Positions 26,549 through 38,167 of a stretch of DNA of 64,000 nt are shown piece by piece. The notes beneath the pieces were generated by a model. That model searched no databases. It saw only the letters and a list, made by a program, of their open reading frames with translations, and was not told the origin of the DNA. Both the position numbers and the translations under genes were made by a program. Origin of the DNA: Antedon mediterranea (lineage: Eukaryota > Animalia > Echinodermata); NCBI RefSeq assembly GCF_964355755.1, contig NC_092679.1:7470201-7534200 (forward strand), given 5' to 3'. Positions within the stretch are counted from its first letter, which is position 1. The number at the start of each line of letters is the position of its first letter.

Positions 26549-28019
26549 GATAAAACACAACTAGGCCTAGCCTACAGTAACAAATCTCGTCGGGATTCTT
26601 CAAAATAATTAGGTCAACAAGAAATTATTGAACTGTGACGAAAATGGAATAGTCCAAGTACCGTAAGTAGATTGACATTTTTGTTTTCTTTTAATATTTT
26701 TTATTGACAGCCACCATGCCAGCACACATGGTTTCACATGGTTGACTTAGTGGGGGTAAACTGCAGGGTGAAACTAATAGTGGTATTGGAATTGTATCTT
26801 GTATTGGATTGGGAACTTTCCTGGTCAACATAGTACTTTTGAATTGTATGATGAATGATAGAAAGACTGAGAAAAATCTCAACGCTCAAGTCTCAAGTCA
26901 AATATGACAAAAATGAATATCCCAGTTAAATCTCTTCATAACAAATCAAAATAAATGACAAACTGTTCTTTTTATGAAAAACTCTTTAGTGATTCAACAG
27001 TGCCTACAACCGGCAGACCATACAAAGTATATTGTAAAAATTAATTAACATTTGTTAAAAATATGTTTAATACTTTATATCATTACAATGTAAAAAGAAA
27101 CCATAATAATGTAATTATCAAATAAGACTGGTAATGGCACACATATTGTGAACATGAATTCACTATCAATATATTTGTAGCACGCAAATTTTCCTTGCCA
27201 TCATTGGTGGCAACAACACATTCACTCATGTAGGCAAATATCTTTTTTAGATTTGATTAGTATTCACTTTTTTGCTTGCATGGACGACAGCACAATTCAT
27301 TTTTATCGTTACAATATCACATTTTAAAGGGTAAATTATAAATATTGAATTGCTTCTCACACTAGTATGATCAACTGATTTATGGATCATTTCATTAGAT
27401 TTCAATTAAAAATCTCTTTTTATGAGATGTAATTCTATTTACTAAGCTTTTTGAAACCAAAATTGAACAATCGTTATTCATATGTGTACGTTTATATTAC
27501 AGGCACCAGAAGTTTTTTGCCCAATTATTTGTACAAATAAACCATAAAACTCTTTGATATGAGTTTAGTTTATTTCTAAATGCTGAGAACACATCACACT
27601 TAGTATGTGTACTAACACAACCACAACTAACCAGAACCTGGTGTGAACCAGGTTTTCACATTCACAAAGAATCATTTTGGTCAGATGTTTTGCCCTACTC
27701 TGATGTAATTTTTTTAATACTTATAGTAGTACATTGAGAATACTTGCGAAAAAATAGGCAAGTAATTCTCGGGTGGGACTCCCACCCACGACCTCCTGAT
27801 CACTAGCCTGGTGAGTAGGGCGAAACATCTGACCAATTACTCAACATCCTGACGCAAAGCTACTCCACAGTAATTACAAACAAGAATAATTTTGTAAAAA
27901 CATATTTCTGTTGTTTTTGAGTTTTTAGCATATGTGGCAGGTTGATACACGCATCTGGCTACAACATGTAAACATTTACATTGATTTTCACTTTTCATTT
28001 TCAGCTGAAACTATGTGCT

Positions 28020-28076
28020 TCACATAAAACCAAATAAGGAGCTTGCATATGCCATTGGTCGAATTTTTGGATGAGG
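28020..28076 (-). CDS. PPP5C: PPP5C terminal exon 12
   Basis: [21 protein letters not shown]. Confidence 0.94.
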   Translation of the reverse strand, partial: PHPKIRPMAYASSLFGFM

Positions 28077-31000
28077 CTAAAGAGAAATAAAATAATGTAA
28101 ATTTTAAAATCATCATAATGTTTTAAATATTTCAATAAAAGGTGTAATAATAATTAAAATATAAGCAAATTTGAATGCCCCTTTGTGAACTTTTCTCTTG
28201 CAATTCAGTTTTTTGACTGCTGTGAAATTAATTTATGTTTTTGTTCTTTTTATGTTGTTCTGAATAAAGATATTGTACATTGATATACAGTCAACTCCTT
28301 CTAACACCCTTTTCACATCTGCATAATGTAACAACTTGTAACCTGGTTTGTATAGTGTGAATACTGTTTTATGGAAAATCTCCCGGAAAAAAAAAACAAA
28401 CTGATGAGAGATGGTGTTTTTGTTCAGAGTTCTTACTGTGCGCGCATGAATTGCCCTGGTATTAAACTGACATAGTAATCAAATAGCGTGTAACTACGCT
28501 TTTCCTTCCGAAATTTCTTAGGGCTTGCGTATGCGTGTATGAAAACATGTAAATCTGTAAACCAGGAGATCAAACCTGGTTACAAGTTCGAAAAATCACA
28601 AAGGTCGGATTTTTAGGAAACTTCAAATTTTTTCCTATACATTACTGTTTTTATTTTTAAGTCGACATATTTTTTATGTACAAATTAGGTCCACATTCTT
28701 TAGTGATTTATATTGTATAAGTCAAAGTCACAATATCACGTGATAACAATAGTATAGTGCGTTTCTTTTGTATTTACTACTTACTACTGCTTCATATGAA
28801 GTAAATTTCGGTTCTAGATCTGATGACATCGTTATAAACGCTCCCTTGTTTCCCATTTGATCACTGGAAAAAAAACAATATTTAAAATTCAGATTTTCTC
28901 AATAGTAGTATTTAATCAATTTACAGAAAATTAAGAGGGGTACTTCCAAAAAGCAAAGGACCGAGGCAAGAACATAATTAACAATGAAATAATGGGTAAG
29001 AACAGAGAAAGATGAAAACGCATGGGATGACGAGAACAGACAAGGGCAAAAAAATATTTAAAAATGGTATAGTTATCGGGAAAAAAGTCAATTTATGAAC
29101 AAACATACCAGTAGTTGGGTGCAGAGAAAACAGTAATACATTTCTTATTGTGTGCTTCTTCATAGCCCTCTGGTTTCACCTCATGACTCCTGATTATATA
29201 CTTCAAATCATTCTTCTTCAAAAAGTTCTCTGTAACATCTGGACCAAACTGGACACCTACACCTCTCTTGCTTTGTGATCTACCTTTCTGTGGTTGTGGA
29301 TCTGACCATAGTAGCTCGCACATTATACCTAAAACAACAATATCAACTCATTAAACAAGCCTAAACTCTCCATTATCATTAGCACCTAAAACCTGGAACC
29401 TAACTCTCTCAATAACAAATGCATTAGGACTTGAACGAGGGACATCATTCTCAGTTCTTTAAAATAATTTGTATGTTGATTATCGCAAATCTTTAATACA
29501 TATTCTTTATCTATAAATTCACATGGAAATCTTGACATGGAATATATGGTCAAGAAAGAAAACTAAAAAATCGGATTAGAGAAAAATGACGCAGATTTAC
29601 CCGAGTCTGGTGGTTGTCTATTCCTGTCAACCTTTTTGATGTCTTCTAATGTTACTTCATCATTACTAAATAAACCACCATGCATTACCTGAAACACAAA
29701 TAAAGCCTAGCATTACCTAATGCACTGTCTACACTATCAAACTTTATGTGACAAAAAAAATGTGGGCATGATGTCTTATCACTTCCATATTTGGGCATAT
29801 CACTACCATATTGGGGCTTTGTTTGTAGAAAAACCTTAATACAACTGTAAGTAGGTATAGCTGGCAACAATTCTGTTGGTGTAGGTACAGTAGTTAGAGG
29901 GCGCTGTACGAGAGGCGACCAGGTTGTGGTGACAAACTCCTCATTGTTTTTCACTGTATCTTTTAACTTTCTGTGACTTTTTGTGTACTTTTTTATAAAT
30001 TTTTGTATACCACATTTGTGACAACCTAATGAATTTCCCCAGGGTTTGGGATAATCAATTTTTATACTGAATTGAATCATTGTGCCCATCAAAGCATTTC
30101 TTTTCTGTAAAAGAAAAAGAGTTTCTATGTTTGGTCATTATACAAATTGTTGCCATTTCACGCATCCATGCGGTATCAAAATTACACAAATTGTGCTGGG
30201 AAAATGTTAAACTACTTGTAAAAACCTCCCCGAGTTGTGGAAGGTGGGGGGATGTTGGTATCCGCTTTGCTAGTATATGTTATATTGATAGACGTACCAA
30301 GACTTTACTGTTAATACAGTGACATAGAGGTAGCCAATTATATACTTCTGTAAACAATTCTGCCATCTGTGCATTATATTTTGACTTAACTTCTCCAAAA
30401 AATCCATACATTTGATTCATCGTTTCACTCTCATGATTGCCTACAAATAATATAACAATTAGTTTCTAACATTTAAGTATTAACATTAATATTTGAACAT
30501 TCACATTATTTTGACCCCGGTCTGCACACTTCACTGTCAGGTCTAGAAACATTTTTCTATTTTACTTACAAAAAACAGGAATATAAAATAAAGATGATGT
30601 ATATATGTATCAAGTTAAATTTCGATTTTTTCTTACCTCTAGCCATGAAAAAGTGGTTAGGATAGAGAAGTTTAAAACCAAATAATGTTAAAATAACTTC
30701 AACTGAAAATGATCCTCGATCCACAAAATCCCCATTGAACAACTAAAGTACTCTATGTAAAGGAAAAAACACTTGAGGCATTTACATATCATGTGCTTTC
30801 AATTATCATACACTTGCTTGCTTTGAATCTTGGCACACATTATATTTATACATATTACTGAATATTAAAATGCTTTATTTGTTCGTTATCATAAAACAAA
30901 TAATCACATGATCTTAAACAAGTTTCTAATATTAATATATTTAAATCTAGTTTAACTAAGTATTATTATAGAAATTCTTAAAGATTGGCAAATATTAGTA

Positions 31001-34000
31001 CGATAAACAACAGATATAAATATAAAACAAAAATTAATATATATAGAATACACACACAATATTGCACAAAACTTAAGGTTGTAAAATGCAGTTACGAGTT
31101 ACAGGTATTTGCAACCAAATAATTTAAACTTTATTAAAACTACAAAATGGCTTATTAAAAGGCTATTAATATCATTTTGAATGTTTTTGAAAGACAATAC
31201 CTCTTTAAACAATTCTTTGATAGTGGAGTTTAGTAGAAAAGGATACATATGGATTTTGCTCAGAAGGTAGTCCGTTGATTTCAAAAATATTGACAAGGTC
31301 GTAGAATTGTCCATGTATGTCTCCACACACTGTAAACTTGCTCTTTTCTGGTACAGTTATTTCACATAATGATGGTAGTGTTTTCAAAACACTAAAAACT
31401 TGCAGTAGAATCTAAAAACCAAAAAGGATTGATAATAATTGGTTCAACTACTGCAAAGTAGATTTGCAACTGGGACCAAGTTTATTTTATTCCTATTCTG
31501 ATGTATTGAGAATAAGTAATTATTTGGTGTGACTCCAACCCACAACCTTCAGATATCTTCTTCTTCTGGACAGCATATTGGAGGTGTTCTTACCATATAT
31601 GCATACTTCCTGTGTAGTTTCTTTTCTGACTTTAGATGATCGATGAGTGCCTTCATAAATTCTAATGTCACTTTGTCATCTTTTATCGTCGGACCTTCAT
31701 ACTCATCTTCTATTACTATATAATTAAAAGAAATAAATAAATTACCACATAATTACTGTTACTTTGAGGTATTGCTATTTTGATTATTTTCTGACAAGCA
31801 TGATAAATTAACCTAACCTAATCATAAAATATTCTGTCTTTTGTTTTGTTTTATAATATATTGGGCGACCTCTTCAGTCAAAGACTGGTCTCCCAGAGGG
31901 CCCAGTTGGTGATCAGTGGCTGTGATGTACTAATAAACCGGGGTAACCCCCTACTCGTCTCGAAAGATGTACTAGGTTCCAAGTGCACACGAGCTAGTTG
32001 TGTACACTGGACCTGCAGTTTTAAGTCCTTATCCGTGAGGACTCTATCCGTTCTACCACCAGAACCATGGAGTGAGTGAGCCTCGAACCCCTGCCGATGT
32101 TATGGCTACGTAATTACGGTTCCACTGTCTTAACCGCACGGCCACTCAACTCACTCATGTCTTTATATTATACTGTTAAACAACCTTCCAGACGCAATGT
32201 CCTCTTTTTATATGTCTGTAGTGTTAAACATATATTGCACCTCATATGTTTTTGGGAAAGGATTTCCTAGGTGATTAGGGGGTCCCACAGAAGTGGTTCT
32301 GTAGTTTATTCAATTATGTCAACTTTTAAAGTGAAAGCTCAAAAGTTTTCAATTACAATTGTTCAATAATTACATTAATATAGGGCAACACATTTTTACT
32401 TACTCATATTAACTAAATCTAATGTGTCTACTACGGAGCATTTGTTAGAATCTACTGATATAGCTTTCTCAAATGCTTTCATTTGTACTATCTTTTTACA
32501 CTCTTGATATTTGGCTTTTGCGTCTTTGTCATTTGCTCGTACCTTCATCACCTAAAGAAAAGAAGTTAGACTGAAGTTATTTACAAACCATTATTAATAT
32601 AATGTAATAAGACAGATGAATTGTATACAAGAAAAATACATGTAGATGCACGGTATGTATATAACATTAATGAGCACATGAAAGGAAAGTAAATCTATTA
32701 CCGTTTCATAATCTTTGAGAGCTACTTTAAATTTGCCTAATGCCATATTTGCAGTCGCTCTTCGATAATATCCCTAAAAAATAAAAAAGCATTGATAACT
32801 ATGTAATGAAACATGTTAAAAATAAGCAATGTTTAATGTACTAACATATAAATTGACAAAAGCTATGTTTAGAAACAAAGTGCTCAATAAAATAAAGTTT
32901 TACAAACTCTTTAAATTTAAAGTAAATGATGTTGTTTCTTATTGCTTCGTAAATTTTACCGGAATAAATAAATTAATTGAAACCTCAATATTACAACTTA
33001 TACATACAACATCTATCCTCCCTATCACTACACCAAACCTTGAGGTGCAGCATTGGAAGGCACTAATGCATTGTCTGTCCTACTGCAATTATCTTCAGGG
33101 TTAGGTTCTGGTCCTATAATACTTAATAGCAGTAGGTAAATGGAGTATTACCGCTGAATTGGAATACCTTTATATAAGACCTGTCCAACTCCAACGCCTT
33201 GTCGGCATCGCAAACTGCTGCACCAAAGCATTCTGTCTTCAGGTAAGCTATACTCCTGTTACCATAGTAAGCTGCGCAGCATGGGTGCAGCTCTATTGCT
33301 TGGCTGTAGTGGTCAATTGCAGAATCAAACTTTTGAGCTGAAAAATCAACACAGTTGATTATTAAAGATTATTATTATTTATTCAGGAAAACAATACAGA
33401 AGATCCAAGAGCAGCAATGAAGCCACTATCAACATTAACACTGATGTGAAACTCCACCTATAGTCCACCTATAGTCCAGATCCCTATGTATTTCAACATT
33501 AACACTGATGTGAAACTCCACCTATAGTCCAGATCCCTATGTATATCAACATTAACACTGATGTGAAACTCCACCTATAGTCCACATCCCTATGTATATC
33601 AACATTAACACTGATGTGAAACTCCACCTATAGTCCAGATCCCTATGTATTTCAACATTAACACTGATGTGAAACTCCACCTATAGTCCACATCCCTATG
33701 TATTTCAACATTAACACTGATGTGAAACTCCACCTATAGTCCAGATCCCTATGTATATCAACATTAACACTGATGTGAAACTCCACCTATAGTCCAGATC
33801 CCTATGTATATCAACATTAACACTGATGTGAAACTCCACCTATAGTCCAGATCCCTATGTATTTCAACATTAACACTGATGTGAAACTCCACCTATAGTC
33901 CAGATCCCTATGTATATCAACATTAACACTGATGTGAAACTCCACCTATAGTCCACATCCCTATGTATTTCAACATTAACACTGATGTGAAACTCCACCT

Positions 34001-35227
34001 ATAGTCCAGATCCCTATGTATTTCAACATTAACACTGATGTGAAACTCCACCTATAGTCCAGATCCCTATGTATTTCAACATTAACACTGATGTGAAACT
34101 CCACCTATAGTCCAGATCCCTATGTATATCAACATTAACACTGATGTGAAACTCCACCTATAGTCCAGATCCCTATGTATATCAACATTAACACTGATGT
34201 GAAACTCCACCTATAGTCCAGATCCCTATGTATTTTCGTGTGCAGATCATGGGCGTGTGGCGCAGTGTGTTGGACGTTGGACTACCGATCGTCAGACCTA
34301 GGTTCGAATCCAACTCTCGCCGCATTGCTTGTATCCGTAGGCAAGATACTTTACTTACGTTGCCTCTCTCCACCCAGGTGTATAAATGGGTACCCAGTTA
34401 GATCTAGACACATCTGCGCTGGTTACCGGCTGCATTATGGGAGTATGTTTCCATACGTGTTTGATCCCAAAAAATACTGGGGTAATAATGCTTGTAAAGC
34501 GCCTTTGAGCATGATTACTCATGAAAAGGGCGCTATATAAATCTGGTATTATTATTATTATATATGGGGAAAGTGTAAACATTTGTCGTATTCAAGTGTA
34601 CCGTTGAGTAGTTTTTCCGTTGAGTACTTTTTTAACGGAGTATTTTGAGCGTTGAGATTGTTCTTAACAAAAAAGCTTTCGTTGTGAACGTTTTCTATTC
34701 GAATGACTTTCTGTTGAGCACAAGTTTACAATTCGAATACAAAAAGTATTCAACGAATCTTTACGTTGACAACGAAAGTTCCCAATCGAATACGACAATT
34801 GTGTTTTATGAATATTTTGAATCATGCTGGTTATAAAAACCCATGTTGTCAAATTTCTAAAATTCATCTTTGACTTTTGACCTCAATTTGAATGTTTTGA
34901 CCCATTTAAAACAAAATGGTCATATCTTTGCAACGTTTAGGCCCTAGGCCTAGATTAAATAAATGAAATAATTTTAGTGCCCCGTATAGCCTAGCCTAGG
35001 CCTAGAGGCCTAGCTAGTTAGGCCCTCTAACTAGGTAGGCCTACTAAAATATTTTATAATAGAAAACTAGGCTAGGCCTCTAGTCTAGGCCTAGCCTAGT
35101 TTTCTATTATAAAATATTTTCAACCTTTGAAATATTCATTGGCTGTGTTTTTTAGTTCTTCTGCTTTCTTCTGTACTTCATCTATTTCTTGGGAAGAATC
35201 TTTATTAGCCTTTTGTTGATCTCCCAT
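28020..35227 (-). CDS. PPP5C: Serine/threonine-protein phosphatase 5, 12 coding exons: 35227-35125, 33337-33168, 32773-32702, 32551-32404, 31715-31594, 31411-31247, 30742-30637, 30440-30298, 29688-29601, 29328-29109, 28863-28785, 28076-28020 (1473 nt, 490 aa)
   Basis: N-terminal TPRs ([43 protein letters not shown]), PPP catalytic motifs GDIHG, GDFVDRG, RGNHE, HGG and SAPNYC, and C-terminal [11 protein letters not shown]. All junctions are in phase. Confidence 0.97.
28333..28588. mobile_element. MITE-like element with 18-bp inverted ends, PPP5C intron 11
   Basis: aacttgtaacctggtttg ... caaacctggttacaagtt (1 mismatch). Confidence 0.55.
28785..28863 (-). CDS. PPP5C: PPP5C exon 11
   Basis: [27 protein letters not shown]. 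Confidence 0.94.
29109..29328 (-). CDS. PPP5C: PPP5C exon 10
   Basis: [12 protein letters not shown]...[14 protein letters not shown]...IRSHEVK...[10 protein letters not shown]. Confidence 0.96.
29601..29688 (-). CDS. PPP5C: PPP5C exon 9
   Basis: [29 protein letters not shown]. Confidence 0.95.
29722..29815. mobile_element. Partial copy of the tctacactatcaaact MITE family
   Basis: Shares gtctacactatcaaact and the tgggcatatcactaccatatt motif with copies at 45068 and 49897. Confidence 0.65.
30298..30440 (-). CDS. PPP5C: PPP5C exon 8
   Basis: [22 protein letters not shown]...[13 protein letters not shown]. Confidence 0.95.
30637..30742 (-). CDS. PPP5C: PPP5C exon 7
   Basis: [35 protein letters not shown]. 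Confidence 0.95.
30743..31246 (-). other. U12-type (minor spliceosome) GT-AG intron, PPP5C intron 6
   Basis: 5' end GTATCCTTTT; branch-site-like TTCCTTTAC at 30765-30757 with its A about 16 nt from the 3' splice site; no polypyrimidine tract between branch site and AG. Confidence 0.88.
31247..31411 (-). CDS. PPP5C: PPP5C exon 6
   Basis: ILLQV...[30 protein letters not shown], followed by the U12-type donor GTATCCTTTT. Confidence 0.95.
31594..31715 (-). CDS. PPP5C: PPP5C exon 5
   Basis: [40 protein letters not shown]. Confidence 0.95.
31843..32155 (-). mobile_element. tRNA-derived SINE (Deu/Nin-domain-like), PPP5C intron 4
   Basis: Minus strand: A box TGGCCGTGCGG, B box GGTTCGAGGC, central GGATAAGGACTTAAAAC...GAGTAGGGG..CCCCGG block, 3' stem-loop and (AAAAC)n tail. 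Domain name is from recall. Confidence 0.75.
32404..32551 (-). CDS. PPP5C: PPP5C exon 4
   Basis: [34 protein letters not shown]... Confidence 0.95.
32702..32773 (-). CDS. PPP5C: PPP5C exon 3 (TPR)
   Basis: [24 protein letters not shown]. Confidence 0.95.
33168..33337 (-). CDS. PPP5C: PPP5C exon 2 (TPR)
   Basis: [19 protein letters not shown]...[16 protein letters not shown]...LELDRSYIK. Confidence 0.95.
33428..34234. repeat. 53-bp minisatellite, about 15 copies, in PPP5C intron 1
   Basis: caacattaacactgatgtgaaactccacctatagtcca(g/c)atccctatgtat(t/a)t. Confidence 0.97.
34250..34560 (+). mobile_element. tRNA-derived SINE with L2-type tail
   Basis: A box tggcgcagtg, B box ggttcgaatcc, central ggcaagatacttta...ctctccacccaggtgtataaatgggtacc, tail tgtaaagcgc...gcgctatataaat then (att)n. 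Confidence 0.82.
34578..34806. mobile_element. Degenerate MITE-like inverted repeat
   Basis: ttgtcgtattc ... gaatacgacaa ends; internal cgttgag subrepeats. Confidence 0.5.
35046..35120. repeat. Perfect 34-bp inverted repeat with a 7-nt loop next to the PPP5C intron 1 donor
   Basis: aaaatattttataatagaaaactaggctaggcct ctagtct aggcctagcctagttttctattataaaatatttt. Confidence 0.9.
35125..35227 (-). CDS. PPP5C: PPP5C exon 1
   Basis: [34 protein letters not shown]; donor AAG|GTTGAA. Confidence 0.9.
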
Positions 35228-35544
35228 TATTACTAAGCCTAGCCTTCTAGGCCCTATCAGCGGTCTGAATTCAGTATTGTCGGCGGACTTAGAAGTGCGT
35301 TGGGCTAACTAACCTTTTTTGATATGCGAAAAGCATGGAATGTGGGAGGTATATTCAGAGCGTCATTCTGACGACTGGAGCATTCTCTACTTCTCTACGG
35401 AGAGCCATTTATGCCTTTATTAACTTCAATAATAGAAATTGTACTACGGTAACTGCTCAAGTGGACCCAATTTAGCACCAGGGTAGCACAGTGATATAAA
35501 ATAGAAATAAAAGTCACTACTTTTAATATCGTTTCGTATATACC

Positions 35545-36235
35545 CATATCACAAACTGACAAACAGAAACATCTTGGCATTCACATTGCTTCAAATTTAT
35601 CCTTTTCTTTTCATGTAAATAAACTCCGTTCCAAATAACTGGGCTTGTCAATCTCCATCTTATCGCGTGCTCGGTCATTTCATTAATAAACACACATCCA
35701 TACTCCTCTATAACACTATAATCCTCCCACACATTGACTATTGATGTAGTGTTTGGGGAATCAGATCGAATATTGACCGAATACAGACCATTCAAAATAG
35801 AGCATTTCGCATTATCCTTAAAGCTCAACCTCTCACGCCCACGAACTAACATTTACAACACCTTAAATCTTCATACAGTCCAAGATCGCATGCATCTACA
35901 ACTGGGGTGCCTTGCCTACAACAGGTCCGGAATACCTTGCCCTGCGTATTCCCAGAATTCCAAATCATCGATGTACCCGAAGTGTCAGTGAGAGGAAATT
36001 TCGTCCCTTTAATTCCCTAAAACAGCTTCATCATAGAGCACCAACATACCTGAATTTGCTACCAACGTTTTGTATAGTATTGTAGGCTATATTTTTGTAT
36101 TTAATTACATATATATTATATATTTTTATATTTTTTTAACATAGTTCATCCGTTTTTTCATATTATTATGTTTTTGACTGTCTGCATATGCTGTTTAGGG
36201 TCACCCTCACAAAATAAGGTTTAATAAAAAAATAA
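35545..36235 (+). mobile_element. Decayed 5'-truncated CR1/L2-group LINE inserted in the left TIR
   Basis: Broken plus-strand frame KHLGIHIASNLSFSFHV...LLYNTIILPHIDY*CSVWG...IDRIQTIQNRAFRIIL, typical of the ORF2 C-terminus; A-rich tail. Confidence 0.75.
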
Positions 36236-37724
36236 AATAGAAATAAAGTCACTAAATTTTAATATCTTTTCGTATGTGGACCTAATTTGGCCCCAGTGGA
36301 GCACAGTGATATAAAATAGAAATAAAGTCACTCAAGTTTCAATCTTTTCGTATGTTAATACACTGTGCTCAAAGTGGACCCAATTTTGCGCCAGTGGATT
36401 TTGTTTTTAAATGGAAAATAAGGAATATTGTTTTTCTTTTATTTTGACAGAGAGAAATTTTGAGGATTGTAAATGTCAAGTGGACCTTTTTTTAAATCAG
36501 AAACTAAGTTGCATGGCATTATTTTCCATTAAATAGACTGCCATAAAACCTCGAAAAGAAGCCCATGTGCTCCTTCATTTTTAGTACTCTTGGGTGGGCT
36601 TCTTTTCCACATGGAGTTCTTTTCGAGATTACTTTTGCAAACTAAACGAGGGGAACTGCTAGCTTCCCGCCTGGAAAATATTTTATTGACATTATTTGAC
36701 AAATCTTCTAATGTAAATAATTAACAGCATCAAAATTTAACAGTGTGGCGTGTTGACCGCGAATGACTAACATACCATCTTTACCATAATACACCTGCAC
36801 AGACTCACTTGCATAACAACGCACGCACATACCAAACTGTTTAAAATAGAGCTACAAGGTAGTAAGGTACCCGAAAATGACATCTATTATGTTTTCTAAC
36901 AATATGCATAAGAATCTTCAGTACCCCTACCATGCTTGGGGCTGAGCAAAGACAATTTTGAAAAAAAAGAGCTGTATACAGTAGGTTCCCGCCCGAAAAA
37001 ATGGCGTTACATGATTTGAATGAAACAAACTATATTGAAATATAAAATTAAATATTAAGTCTCCAGTACTAGCCCATCCATGGTTGAGGCAGAGCAATGA
37101 AAATAGAGCCCAGAAATGCACTTACTGATACTTATTACTATACATAGTCACCTATGATAATTATGATAATGTTAAAATTTCAACTATCCAGATGCGACTT
37201 CAACATTTTAGGTGGGGTTTTCTACTTTAAAAACTCGACTTCGTATATGCCTAAGGCCTAGCCCGGCGGCGGAATTAGTCTAAGCTTCGAAATTGGTCTG
37301 GAAATCGGCATCTTTGCAAATGTTCTATATTTTATCCTTTTTCACTCTCCATTAACCTCATACAAAAACCATCGGAGGCAAACTATCTGTTTAAAACATG
37401 TTTATTCTGGGACTGTGCGGCCATACACACCAACTACTATGAAGAATCGGACATTTCGCTACCAATGTTGCAACATTGATTAACAAAATCAAAATTTAAC
37501 ATTGGGGCGCGTTGACCGCGAATGACTAACAATACCTGCACAACTTAACTCATTTGTATAACAACGAACGGCATACCAAACTATGATGAGAGATACATTC
37601 TCTTCTCAACACGTAACGCGTAACGAAGATAATTAATTCCTTTTTTACATTAAAAATTGAGGCCGCTAAACATAAAATTTATGAGATCAAATACATGTAG
37701 CAAAAGCCAAAAAAAGAGTAAACA

Positions 37725-37968
37725 TTGTGCTCTCCTTGCCTCAGCACTAAGGCCCTGCAGCAGCCTTGGGTTCGTTCCCACCACATCATTATCAGATGCA
37801 TTGCTAGTACCTTCTCAAGATGTGTGGTGGAAAGGGGGACGTATAATTCTATGAACCCCAAACACAGTGGTTGCATACCTTTAACTCTATTCCACCGACA
37901 AGCGTGGGAATCGAACTCACGACATACGTGTTGTCAACACGACACTCAGGCGACTGAGCTAACTGATC
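37725..37968 (-). mobile_element. SINE-like unit with tRNA-Ile-like head, copy 1
   Basis: Minus strand GATCAGTTAGCTCAG...GAGTGTCGTGTTGACAACACG...GTGAGTTCGATTCCCAC, then a body with a hairpin and a T-run. Confidence 0.65.
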
Positions 37969-38167
37969 ATTTTGGTTTTATCAAGGTTAATATGATATTT
38001 ATGATGTAATGATGAATTACGTAATACACGTATAAATAGACAATTATCAGCTGTTCAGTCATGCTTCAGTTTGTGGTGCAACGGTTAATGCTCAGATTTG
38101 AGTGTATCAGCTGGGGTTCGAACCTCTACGGATATTTTTTTTAATGAATATTGTGGGTTTTTTTTTA

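Noticed and set aside
33428-34234. ctgatgtgaaac in each unit as a hammerhead core
   Set aside because: Core is CTGATGT rather than CTGANGA and there is no stem II before GAAA
35523-35852. 109-aa minus-strand ORF upstream of PPP5C as a possible extra exon or gene
   Set aside because: It is the antisense frame of a decayed plus-strand LINE fragment
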